The position numbers and the translations under genes were made by a program. A DNA stretch of 64,000 nucleotides from Azolla caroliniana (Eukaryota; Plantae; Polypodiophyta): NCBI GenBank assembly GCA_043228905.1, contig JBHGNT010000011.1:18910001-18974000 (forward strand), in the 5' to 3' direction. Shown here in pieces: positions 40,880 through 53,560 of the stretch. The notes beneath the pieces are model-generated. The model was not told the DNA's origin, made no database searches, and saw only the letters and a list, made by a program, of their open reading frames with translations. Each line of letters starts with the position of its first letter. Within the stretch, counting starts at the first letter, position 1.

Positions 40880-41950
40880 TTTTCTTTTTTCTTTTTTTCA
40901 AAAAGATTTCCTTAATTAGTATTAAGAAAAGTGTGAGAGGGCTACAAAAATGTAAATTCAGGGAGTATTATTATATACAAAAGATATAGTCAGGGCAAGG
41001 ACCAGAGGTATTGATATCTCCATAACGGTCCTTTAGAGGAGACTGAACAGAGAGGCAACTTCCATAATTGCAGTAATTTTTCCTTTTCTTCAAAACAACC
41101 TCCGAAGAGCCTGGCATATTGTCATAATGCACCTGCACAACCGCCAATAAGCTCCCCCATAATTCTGGCAATATATCTGAGAGAAGAAGAATTATGGACT
41201 CATATCGTCTTTTACAACGATACTTCCATAATATCCATAATGTAACCGTAGATATTGTTTTTCATAGATGGGCTGCACGCATTTGCTTATGAGGTTGCTG
41301 AAAAGGGGAGATAGTAATTAAATGTCTATTGATGACTGTCATAGCCTCCGGAGCATCATCTGCTTCATACAACAGGAGATTAGAATGGGGAACCCCCCAT
41401 ACCACTGATCCCCAAGAGAAGAGGCAACCTACACTAATTGTCGGGAATAAAGAGATAACTTTATTCCATACCCGTTGGGCTATTGAGCATGACTAGAGGG
41501 CATGCTTGGTAGTTTCTTGCATGTCACCGCAATAACAACATTGTCTAAGACTAGTTGCATGTAGTAAAAGCCATCTGAAGAGAATATATTTGGTTGGTCC
41601 CTTGAAAGACCAAATCCATGTCCAATATCCCATCAAATGTTGAACCTACTTTATTCTATTATAAAAATGCTTATAGAGAATCCCACCAAGTTGTGTAATG
41701 ACTCTTCATCGTATAGGATGTTCGGGATTATATTAACATGTGCAAAACAAAAACGCCCCCATCTTCTTTATTTGTAGAGTGTTGTTCTGGATTATATTAA
41801 TATGTGCAAAACAACTAAAATGCCCTCATCTTCTTTATTGCACCAAAATTTGAGCTTCCTGCAATTCCCTGCATGCTGCCCTTGGTCAGGAGTCAGGCCC
41901 TCAACCCCTCTGCACCAGTTGTATGCGCTATTTGAGCTTAATGGAAATTG
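40880..41950 (-). mobile_element. 5'-truncated L1-type LINE fragment between SPS and the F-box gene
   Basis: T-tract at ~40875-40898 is a poly(A) tail. The 3' end aaaagat...ttagtattaaga is shared with 17384-17410. The - strand reads VTLWIIWKYRCKRRYE. The 5' boundary is approximate. Confidence 0.65.
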
Positions 41951-42633
41951 TCAGTTCACCTACCAGTTTTCTCTCTTCTAGAGTTTATCCATGAGCATCA
42001 TAGACAAGTAAAATAGACATGTCTGTGAAGATGCAGATTACTCATACCTGGAATGAAAGATCTTTCAGTACATGATGAAATGACATTTATCTAAACATAT
42101 ATGGAAAGATTGACCACTACAGAGGAGAGAAGATCCTTCAGGACATGATCTGTGGCAATGAGGCAAGCAAGAATGGCTCTGAATTTGTCAACACTGTTTA
42201 AGAATGCTGTGATGTGGTTATCATCGCAAAGTCATGAGTTCAGATATATTCCTTCAGATATATTCCTCCATTCACTCCATTCATTTGGCACTGAAGCACA
42301 TAAATGTTTACAAATGTACCCAAACACCCAGCGGAAGTAATTATCATCTCATAAGAAGTTCAAAGATACAATGAAAGACCCGCATTGCAATATAAAAGAA
42401 GGTAACAAAACAGAAATTTGCTCATTTGTATTCAAATAGATTCGTGTAGGATTACATTTATATAGGGAAGGGTACAAGCATAGTGTGTTGTTGTAAACAA
42501 GAGAGCAAAATCCATATGATGCCAACTCTCCAGTCTCTCATTCAAATACATATACAACCGATGATGTAGCACATGTCTACACAGGCATTTCTAAGAACTC
42601 GATAATGTGAAACAGACAAAAACTTTGAAAGAT

Positions 42634-44215
42634 CTAGGGTTTATACAACACAGTTTTCCCCACATTCAATATGCTTTCATCAAAGAATTTCACCTGCACA
42701 ATAACAAGCCATCAGAAGATTTATTGTCTGTAGATGCACATCATTTTCTTCACAATCAATTGGATTATGTATATCATTATTTCTAGATCAACAGAATTCT
42801 CGGAAAATAGTAAAAAACTTGAGATTACCTCAAAGGGAGGAACAAATTTCAGCTTGATATTAGTAAACTTGGCTCCATAGAAGCCATGTTTCTTCTTTGC
42901 ACCCACACTCGTACCACCAATTTTCAGTATAACTGAGCGCATTCCCTGTTGTAAAGAGAGAACATTAGACAAATTTATATAAACAGACTCAAAAAACTAT
43001 AGACAGTAAGCACAAGTCTTTAGTTCATAACAACTTACAGCAGGATAACCCTTTATGATCGCTTTTAATTCCCTCCACTCTCCAGGCACTGTATGAATTT
43101 CCCCAGAGTCCCTGTTCAAGATCACAGATATGTCAGGTAAAGAAAACAATATTACAAACCATATAAAATCCTAAACTTCAAAATCCCTAATGTCCACATC
43201 ATTTAATCCTAGCACAAGTATATATTAGTCAGTACATAAGTAAACCTTATGATAGTCCAGATACCATTAACCATGAATGCACTCATCGATAGGATATTCA
43301 AGCTTCCACTCTGTATGCTAAATCATGAAACTCGCACCTAACTAAACTACAAGTTATAGAAAATTAAATATTAAACTCCTAGATCACCATACATAAACCC
43401 TAGGCAACAAGATACCCTAATCCACAGATCACTACATACCCTAGAAAGATTCATTAAGCACTACAACACTTCATCACTCACAACAAAAATATGATATAAT
43501 TGATGTGGTCAAAAGAAGACTCTAACCAGAAGAGGATGCTATTTTTGAGGTCATCACGGATCAAGACCTGGACCTTGACCTTGCTTTCCACCCCTTGCAC
43601 GCCCGAGAACATAGCAGACACGAGCAAAGGTGGGGACGAGTCGAGGAACTTCTTCGAGAACATCGGGAAACTGATGCATTGTTGGACTTTTCCCCAGTCA
43701 TAGGATGTGGCAATGACAGGTTTGGTCTCGGAGCCGGGGCAGGGCGGGCACCCGACAGGCGGGCACTCTCTCATGACACCATCGCCACCGCCGCGCTGGA
43801 AGACCGAACCACCCTCAACTGCCCAGAAGCTATATGTGTGCGTGTCATCATGATCATCGTCTAGGGAAGGGATCCGATCTAAGAGGAGCCGATGTTTCGG
43901 CTCCCATGGCGACAGCGTCTGGTGCTTCATGGATTCCATGTCCATGTGCAGGACTCGCCCAAAATTTGGGCACGCAACCAAATTCTGCCCAAAGATTTGC
44001 CCAAACAGCGACTTCCACCCCAGCAACGACCTCATGCCATCTGTCAGCGAGAGGCCCGCGGATTGGCTGAGGTGCTGCCACGTGGGCGGGTCCGCCGCCA
44101 CGTCACGCCACGACCGGCAAACCAACGCACATGACCCTGCAATCTGATGTGTTGGCAGAAGCTTGAATATCTCTGTGTACACCGCGTCGGGCAGCTCTTC
44201 TATGGTGAAGCCCAT
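42634..44215 (-). CDS. F-box protein with C-terminal FBA (F-box-associated, galactose-binding-like) domain of FBXO2/6/44 type, 4 exons, ~312 aa
   Basis: Exons 44215-43527, 43111-43039, 42945-42829 and 42693-42634 (GT-AG, 939 nt, in frame). N-terminal F-box (ELPDAVYTEIFKLLP...ALVCRSWRDV...W). FBA-like motifs GQNLVACP, GGDG..ECPPVG, ATSYDWGKVQQ, FLDSSP, W.ELKAIIKGYPAGMRSV...GG and GFYGAKFTN. The last exon is the least certain. Confidence 0.85.
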
Positions 44216-44454
44216 AATTTGGAGACGATGGGGAGATAACAGGAGAGGGCGAAGAAGGGAGAGAGCGAGGCAGGAAGAACCCTAATTCTCAGAAGGAAAA
44301 AGGCATTAAAAGAAAGAAGCTCTCTAAGTGACGATCTGTGCGGCGTGCCTCTGTTTAGCTTTTAAACAGATAAGCCTCCATCTCTGTTCTGTGCTACGTC
44401 CTGTATGTTGTGATTTGGTGGAAAACAAGAACCCTAGAATCGCCTCTATATATA

Positions 44455-44455
44455 A

Positions 44456-44488
<33 letters not shown>

Positions 44489-44907
44489 TTATGGAGATTT
44501 GGAAACTCTGTTTAATCAGTCTCTCAGCTCTTCTTCTTCTGATTCTTCTGATCTTCTGATCTTCTTCTTCTTCTGATCTTCTGTGTGCAGCTGCTTCTTC
44601 TTCGCATCTGGAGCCCAGAAGATTGAAATTCGGCCCCCATTTTTGTAGTGTCTGTGGATTGGAAGCGGGAAAACAAAAAAAAGAAAGGGAGGAAGAAAAC
44701 AAACAAATTTTGGTCTCATGTTTTCTCTCTCTCTCTCTCTCTCTCTCTTTTCTGAAAATTTCAAAAGCCCGCCCCAAAAACATAACACATACAAAACAGA
44801 GTTTCAAATTTTAAAAATACACACAATAAAACAAAAGAGCATATTATTATGTCCCACAAAGCAGAAGAAGAAGAAGAAGAAGAAGAAGAAGAAGAAGAAG
44901 AAAGAAG
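44455..44907. repeat. Microsatellite cluster (TCTG)n, (CT)n and (GAA)n in the upstream/5'UTR region of the F-box gene
   Basis: Direct inspection: ~44456-44488, ~44724-44748 and ~44863-44907. Confidence 0.9.
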
Positions 44908-46211
44908 AGCATGTCTCATTGAGAACCCGACGATTCGATTTTTTGTTACACATGCGTGCATTTTGGAGGTTATGTATCTCTCGGCCACTTAAGTCTGTCC
45001 GTCGGCTCCTTGCTAGTGGCCATGCCATGCCAAGCCTTCCTCCTAAGTACATAAATGGAGGATCGTAACGTGAAGTCTCTCGACTCTTGAGGTCGTTACA
45101 ATCCTGAGGATTTGTACGATTACGAAGTTTTGTCATGTATATAGCTCATGGATCGTACACAATGTAATATGTAAGAGGGGGGATCGGGTCCCCTTTTTTG
45201 CTTTGCCCTAGTTTATCTCTCTCAAGTATGTACATCAAATGCTTGTTTTGTTTTTTTTTAAAGATTTTCTTCAATAGCATTTACTATTAAGAAAAAACAC
45301 TCGAACGCTACAACTTGAATTTATTTGCCCAGAAAGCTTATAACTTTTTATGGACAATGATGTATTGTAATCCTAAGACCAAATATAGGAACTTGTAAAG
45401 GGTGTTGGAACTTGTTGATGTACATTGCAAAGGTGTACTAATATTCGAGAAAGGGTCCATGGAAGTCGATAGTGCCATTGAAGCCCTTGACCTTACACTA
45501 CAAAGAGGGGCAACTTTTTCCATAAGTGAAGAAGCTTCTTCCTTCTCTTATTAACATTCTCTGGAGAACCATGCATTTTGTCATACCGACCACGGACTAC
45601 TACCAACAAGTTCTCTTATATCTCGAGCAGTACATCTAAGGGGCGAAGATCTGATGCATCATAAAGTCGGTTACATCTTCATTTCCATATTGCCCATAAC
45701 ATTACCATAGTCACTGTTTTTCTAGACCTTGATAGATCGCACTTGCTTTCGAGGTTGCTGAAAGGGGCTAAATAATATCAATCTTCTATTATGTACCATC
45801 ATGGCCTCATGAACAACATTTGCCTCGTACAACATCAAGCTGGAATGTAAAACTTCCCACATCGCTAATCCCCATTAAAACAAACAGCCAACATTGATTG
45901 TTAGGAATAAAGAAAGAACTTTATTCCATACTTGTTGCCAAGGGACAAGACCATATGGCACGCTTGGTAGTCTCATGAGCTGCATGGCAAAACCCACATT
46001 GCCTAAGATTGGGTGCTACATTCCCTTTCAAGTACATCAAATGTTGGCCTTAGGAAGCTGTATCAAACTACTGGGTCTTGTCAACCCCCTCTCGATTGGC
46101 CTTAGGAACCTTCATCAAGCAATTTAGGCTTGATTTTGAATTGTTGGGACCTATTCCTCAAGGATTGTTCCATCATCCTTCCTTCCTTGCCAAGTTTGAT
46201 GCCACTTTTGG

Positions 46212-46722
46212 CAAGCCCACGAAAAAAATTGGTCTTTGGTTAACAAGTTGTATGCCCTAGGTTCATGTTCAACTTCTTAAGCTTTACAACCCAACCCCCC
46301 CCCCCCCCCCCCCTAGTATTATTGCCCTTGAGACAACCCCTCTAGACTTATTATACGTTTGTTACCTAAATAGCATTTCTAGAAGTTGAAGATCATGATG
46401 AAAGGCAACTAAATTAATATGAAGAGTTAAGAGAATCACATTTGGATGTCTTTTCCATGTCCAAGCCCATGAAAAAAATTGGTCCTTGGTTAACAAGTTG
46501 TATGCCCTAGGTTCATGTTCAACTTCTTAAGCTTTACAACCCAACCCAGCCCCCCCCCCCCCCCCCCCCCCTAGTATTATTGCCCTTGAGACAACCCCTC
46601 TAGACTTATTATACGTTTGTTACCTAGATAGCATTTCTAGAAGTTGAAGATCACGATGAAAGGCAACTAAATTAATATGAAGAGTTAAGAGAATCACATT
46701 TGGATGTCTTTTCCATGTCCAA
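46212..46722. repeat. Near-perfect ~250-bp tandem duplication, each copy with a long poly-C tract
   Basis: Copies start at 46212 and 46462 (caagccca.gaaaaaaattggtc...). Poly-C at ~46295-46313 and ~46550-46571. Confidence 0.93.
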
Positions 46723-47707
46723 ATCTTTCTCTTTAGCAATGTTGGCTTGGACCTCTAACTTTGTTGACATTGTTGAGGTAGTGGGTTCCCAAAGTGATGT
46801 GATTAGAGACAATCATGCCAAATTCAATAACTCATATCATAAACCTTAGCCAAATAATGGTCACTCTACAATACTAGCAACGTGAGAACATGGTGATACA
46901 TGACTCCTTCATGATTGATTACCTAACCATTTACCATAATGATTTCGCGCAAGTCAATTTTATCGATGGCACCCTCCTAAGGGGCTCAATGTAGGATGAT
47001 TGGTTTGCACTATGATTGATGTATTGCTTGAGGATTTATTCCCTTCTTTGCTAAGTTAAAGCCACTTTAGGTAAGTCCGATAAATGTTGGTAAGAATGTG
47101 AAAAGAGCGAATGATTAGCGAATGTAGGGAAAAGCAAATTCATTACAATCATGACCAAATACTCAGATTTTACCTTTGTGTCGCTCACCAACAAGAAGTT
47201 TATGAAAACATCAAGATGATTGCACCTTATTGGTGGCACTCCACAAAACAAATAACAACAAAATCTTTCCTCTAGAAGGTTACAAAACATACTCAAAGTG
47301 GTTTAAGAGGATGAACGCAGAAACACTACTTGAAATACACCAAATATATGCTCATGAAAACATAGAGTCATGCCTTCTAAGATCACAAACAAAACAAATG
47401 GGATAAGGATGACAAGAATAACAAATTGCAATTTTACCACATACTCGGCCACATTTTTTTCACTCCCATGCCACTTAATATGAGAAAAGTGATCAACCAC
47501 TTCATATTCTCATATAAATGCTCGAATTGTTTTTCTTCACCAAATATAGAATTATTTATGATTGTAGTTAGTAGATCCCTCGAAAATGGAAAGCAATAAC
47601 AACCCATTTCTTTGTTGTTAGTTCCCTTTAATATTTTCAGCAACATCTTGTAATTCTCTATCCACATATACATATGTACAATGTAGGTAATGTGAACTAA
47701 GAAACAC

Positions 47708-50700
47708 TTAGTCATCAGCCCATCTCACCCCATGTTTTGCACCAAGGTAATATGCACCTATTGGGCCTCTTCCTCCAAATTGATATAGCTCTGGTGCAAC
47801 CTTGTTCTTCTCAATTTCTTCGAGGAGAGGGTCTAAGAGATCCCATGTTGCTGCGAGTTCATCGTTTCGGATGAATAGATGGTTGTCTCCATCAATGACA
47901 TCCATGATCAGACGCTCGTAGGACTCGGTGACCTCAACATCGTCCCTGGAATGACAAAACATGTTACAGATACACTGAGTTTTTTTGAGGGTTTTTATTC
48001 AGGTTTCCATGCACACAACATTGGTAAAGGTGTGATGGCAGAGAGAAAGAGAGCTTAAAGATAATACAATACAGAGAATTTGGAAGATTCAAGAGACAAC
48101 AAGAAAACATGTAAACTCAATATCAATCCTTCGCTTTCCTTTGTATTGGATGAAGCCACAGTAATTTCCACAAGCAAAAACTTTACTTGGAGAGAGAGAG
48201 AAAGAGATTGTACCTGCCCCTGTAGAGCAAATTGAGATCTGATGAATCTAGTTGCAAGCCGAGACCCGGAATCTTGTTATTTATCTTTAAGAGAATTGAC
48301 TCATCTGGTTGTATTTGGAGCACAAGCTCATTTGTTGCCTGACCAACGACTGTATGCCCACACCTGTCTCTATACAAATTTCCAGGAACATCCCGGAACT
48401 GTATCCGAATCTCCACCCTATATTCAAAAAGATAGAAAAAAAAAATTCACTTTTGAGTTCTTTTGTGCAACAGAAATCTCGAGATGAAATGTGCTTTGAT
48501 GTTTGTGCATTCATCAGAAACGATAAACATATAAAGAATTCTTCATACAATTTTACTTCAAGATCACAAGGAACTTTTAGAAAAGTTGCAAGGGCATTTA
48601 CTTTTCATGAAAAAAACAAGTGAGTGAAATGATAGATTGCACTGCACTTTAAGAAGGAAAAGTGAATGTGAATGAACAGAATGGCTGCAGTGATGTGTAG
48701 GCAACAAAATGGGATAGATAAATGAGAGAAGACCTATTTTTTATTAGGCCCATCCCGGCTTTGATCAAGAATGGGACACCGTCCCAGCGTGCATTATCAA
48801 TGTACAAGACTGCAGCCACAAATGTCGGGGTTCTACTTTCCGAGGGAACCTCTTGGTCCTCGAGATATCCAGGAACTTTAGACTTCCCATCCTTTGCAAT
48901 ACTTGCTTTATATTGCCCTAGAACCACATCTTGAAGTGTAGGGTTTCTCATGGACCGGAGAACTTTCACCTATTACAAAAAGCTTTCAATTCAAATGTGT
49001 ATATCAAAAACATCTGGAGCCTTGACATATGGAACACTCAATTTCCTAAAATGTTTTAATTATTCAAAATGAGTAAGATACTGGTACTCCATAAACCTTA
49101 ATAAACATATACATCCATGAATGTGATTATCCTATTAAATTACTTCATAACCAAATATACCTTCATAGATTCCCATGAAGGATGCTTGAGTAGGCATACA
49201 GATTACTCAGTAATGTTCACGATTATGAATGTGTTTGTATTTATATTCTGCCTTAACTTTTCTAGGAAACATATACAAACATGTTGCACTCAATTTTACA
49301 TGTATAACGTGAAATGTAATATTTTTGGTCTCATAGGTCATATTTGACCTCCAAAGACAATAATAGAATCTATCTATCTATCTCTGTATATGTGTGTTTG
49401 TGCTGTTTTATAAATCACTTGATTAGAAACCTTTCTCATGATTACTTGCCTTTTACCTTCTCGTCACGAATGTCATCTCCTGCAAGACTAACAGGAGGCT
49501 CCATAGCAAACAATGCGATGGTATGGAGAAGATGTGATTGAACGACATCTCGAACAATTCCATATTTGTCGAAATACCTACAACCAATATCCCATCAATT
49601 CTTTATTGTACGGTGTACCACTTCTACACTAGTGAGATAATTTCATTGTGCCTCTTACCTTCCTCTTCCATCAATCCCATGATCTTCAGATAACAGAACC
49701 TACAGATACACTCATTGTAAGGTTCTCATAGTTTCAACAAAATTTTATGGAATTGATAACTGCCATTTGAAATCAGGGGTATATTTTGATAGTAGATGGA
49801 AATTTGTTTCTTACCTGAACATTCTTAATGTATGTTCGGCACCAGAGAGGTTCAAATACGAGATTTGAAAATCTCAAGACTGTCAAGTTCTCAATAAGAT
49901 CTTTACCAACCCGATGGTCAATCCTGGTATCATCACATAACAAATAGTTCCAAACATCCATACAAAAGATCAATAAAAAAACCCAATATTATTAATAATA
50001 ATAAAAGCAAATGCATGCCTTTCCATAAATAATGTATGAATTTTATGATCATGGACTTGGAAGAATGGATCAATTATAAATTATGACCATGGAAATTTTA
50101 TAACTCCAACCTATAGATTTGGTCTTCATTCAGGTGTGCGCGAAGGCCTTCTGTCTCCAATGCTGATGAGTGACCATCATACCCAAATGGTTTCTCAATG
50201 ATCATTCGAGTCCATCCAGTTGCACTCTGCGCATTTTTCGCAACGCAAGAAGCAACTTGAAGGAGCACCTTGTGTGGTACAGCGAGATAGAAAATCCGGT
50301 TTCCAATACAATTTCCCTGTCTCAATCACGGTAAATAAATAAATTATAAGCATGAGATGCCAACAATAACATAAGATCCGGCAAATACCGCATTTCACGA
50401 TATGCAACACTTTCACTTTTAAAAAATACGTTGCAAGATCAGTAGAAACAGCGGATGAGATTTTCTTCCTAAATATAGCATGCTAGGGTCTTGTTGTATA
50501 CAGCCCCCCAAAAATGCAAAAGCTCAGATCTAGCAAGGATGAGAACACATCATATGTAAGCAAAAATTTGTCTAAATAAAGACGAATCAGCAAAAAAAAC
50601 ATGGGCATGACGGTACCTCTAATGTATTCATCTGGTGATCAAGCTTGGACATTCCTTCACAAGAGTCATAAGACCCTGATTGATAGAACACTCTTTTAAG

Positions 50701-52054
50701 AAAGTTTTTGACCGTATCTCCACAATCTTGTCTAATAAGTCCACAAACAAACAAACAAACAAAAAAACTTCAACACCTTACAAAGAAACTCATTTCCTTT
50801 TTGTTCAATAAAAGAACTTAGCTCTCTCATACAAAAACCCACATCTAGAAGCCTTTTTTCTGGAGATTTGAACAAATAACATCGAAACTTTGCAGCTGAC
50901 CTATATCATTTTTTTAAAGCATGAAACCAGTCAAATTAAATCGTTGCTTACTGATTATCCACGCGGCAAGTCAGGTTATCAGCGATGATGCCCCTCAATT
51001 CATCACTGGAAAGCTCTGTCCTCGAATAGCCCAGGATATAGACATTCTGGAGATAAAAGAGCGCCTTAATGATTGTACACATTATAAGGATAAGTGTGTT
51101 TGAATGAACCTAAAACCTTTTGCAACTCTGGAATTAAATAGATTCCAGGTTTGGCCAAAAAATACAAATGCAAGACATACAATGCATATGCATGCACTAC
51201 ACTCTTTCGGATTGACAAAAGAAAATATATAATTTTGGGAGAATCTTAAAAGTTGTAAAATGCTCAAACCTTGGGGAGATGATGATTATAGAACAAAGCA
51301 AACAATGCCGGGAATATCTTGCTCCGAGCAAGCTCCCCTGTTGCCCCAACCACCACAATGCATAAGGAAGGTCCATTCTTTTCTTCGGCTATCTCAATCG
51401 CATTAGTGTCAATATCCTTCTCCAGAGCTTCCTGTATTGCTGACCCATCAGCAATCGAAGTTGTTGCCAAACTCTACGCATAAACAGCGGGTGTTTTTCT
51501 TTTCAGTTATATTGTCCATCTATTGTACATGCGTTCTTCTCATGGCTATCATTTCTCACATTACATACATCAATGCCATGGTCAGTTTTCCATTTTATAA
51601 TGAAAGCTCAAGATATGGAACTAAATGTGGGATGAGTTAAGCATCATCATGTCTTCTCATGTGTCCAGAGAGTGTTGGACATAATGCATAGAGTCATAGA
51701 TACACACATACATGCACACACATAAGTATATGCACATAGCCTTTCAATGATACATAGATGCACATCAAATTCAATAGATTTTTCACCTTCATTCATGAGA
51801 TCTGGAAAGAATGTGACGAAGTTGAGAGTACTCACAACATTTGCAGGTAACTCTTGGCTTTGCATATTGAGTATTGGACGAAGAGCAGAATGTCCCTGTC
51901 CATATTGACCAATATTCCATACTGCTTTTATAAGCCTGTTTTCGTTAGGAAAAGAGGCAATGAAAGGGGATGACAGCGATGGTAATGGTGGGATTTGAGC
52001 TTGAACTGGCCCAAATTTAGTATCTCCTCTCATCAAATTGCAACTCAAAGCCAT
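47708..52054 (-). CDS. G6PD4: Plastid P0-type (catalytically divergent) glucose-6-phosphate dehydrogenase, G6PD4-like, 11 exons, ~595 aa
   Basis: Exons 52054-51836, 51473-51270, 51046-50952, 50731-50617, 50316-50111, 49923-49815, 49699-49659, 49577-49457, 48969-48734, 48417-48214 and 47945-47708 (GT-AG, 1788 nt). G6PD4-type motifs: [73 protein letters not shown] and C-terminal [10 protein letters not shown]. Exon 1 is less certain. Confidence 0.93.
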
Positions 52055-52134
52055 GATGATCAATCTATCTCAAAGGTCTTATTTGTAATAAAACTAAAGA
52101 ATACAGGAACTGAAGCAGGGGCAATATATATTAG

Positions 52135-52420
52135 GAAGAAAACCACATGGCAGATTTAGGGTTGAATGGTAAACAACCCAAAACTAGATTTTCATTGAAA
52201 ACCATCCACAATGAAAAACCGCCCGAAACTTCGAATGAATAGATAATTTTAATATTAGGATTGGATTGAAAACCATTCAAGATTAAGATTAGATTTGAAA
52301 TAAAAAACCACCCACGATTAGGATTGTATGGAAAACTATTCAAGCTTAGAGGTAGAAGGAAAATCACTAAAGATTAGGCTTGCGTGGAAAACCGCCCAAG
52401 ATTAGAGTGGGATTGGACTG
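52135..52420. repeat. Degenerate ~30-bp tandem repeat upstream of G6PD4
   Basis: Recurring gattagg.ttg...gaaaacc.(c/t)(c/t)caa units. Confidence 0.65.
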
Positions 52421-53099
52421 AATCCGAGCTCAAATTTGTAGAGAGAAGGCATTGATTGACATGGATGTGTGGATACGAACGGATCAGTTGTACAGTTTGG
52501 GTAAAGAATATGTTAAGGATAAGTTATTTTATTAGGGGGAGATTTGATATGTGAATGGATAATAGTGGCGTATATAAGGATAAGCTGTTATCATATACAT
52601 ATATAATATATTTAGGGCTCCATCCTCATTCCTACCTATTTGCTCAGTATTTTAATTATATATCAAAAATACCCCTTCGAATTTCCTAAAATCTCAAAAG
52701 TGCCCTTGGGTCAATAATACTCACATTTTGGGATTTCTTGTTGTGATAGATAGATGAATAGATAGATAGATAGAATGTTTTGTAAGCATCCTCTCAAGTA
52801 ACATATGTCCTACTGTACGAAATCGAAACATGAGAGGTGGTAGGGCTAGCTACACCTATATCACACCTATGCTTGATTAGAGAGCACATATATGTGCCCA
52901 AGTGCCAAATTTGGAGAAGTTGTGCATTAATTGATGGTGGAAATCATTGTCCAATGGCTACAAATGTTTCACATTAGAGTGTGAGATGCTCTTTACCCTT
53001 GATCTTGTGATTAGAAACAGAGAGGGCAAGTACAATTTGCTCTAGCCATTGCGCTCTAAGCTCCATTCTTGATTTCAATACCATGACCATGACTCTAGA

Positions 53100-53560
53100 A
53101 GAAGGATGATTATTGTTCTCATGTTAAATGACATTGGGATGATAATATATAGCTAGATGCACCATTTCATTTCCTTGTAGGCTGTTGGGTTTATATGTGT
53201 GGAGTGGTAGTGCAAATTGATATTATTCCCCTCCTCGAATAGCATTTGGTCATGATTACATCGATAAGGTATTATTCAATGTTTATCATTTGCATATCAT
53301 GGTGTGTGGCCTAAGCAATGTTGCCACATTCCATCCCCTAAGCCATTTGCATGTGTGAGTGCCAATTGAGAGGCGAGAAATATGCTTTTATTTGTCAACT
53401 TTGTGTTTTGTTGCCACCATCTCAATCTGGGATCAATAGGTGATGTATGCCTTTGTATTCTTTACTCTAGCCACATACTTGTGGACTCTCATTCATATGG
53501 GTCTCACCCTCATGTTGAGGAACACCACTAGCATGATGTGATCATCTTGACCCCAAGGTG
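53100..53560 (+). mobile_element. Very degenerate Ty3/Gypsy reverse transcriptase relic
   Basis: Motif remnants cccctcctcgaata (P.PRI-like) and MVCGLSNVATF (cf. MPFGLxNAPATF). Heavily interrupted. Confidence 0.35.

Noticed and set aside
44394-45136. Several 60-137-aa ORFs with poly-K/F/S and ER runs
   Set aside because: They arise from (GAA)n and (CT)n microsatellites and show no domain motifs.
45059-45160. Short inverted repeat and gatcgta motifs (hAT subterminal-like)
   Set aside because: No matching second terminus or TSD found.
51647-51835. Longer G6PD4 exon 1 using the donor at 51786
   Set aside because: It gives phase 1, incompatible with the phase-0 acceptor at 51473. The GTGAGT donor at 51835 fits.
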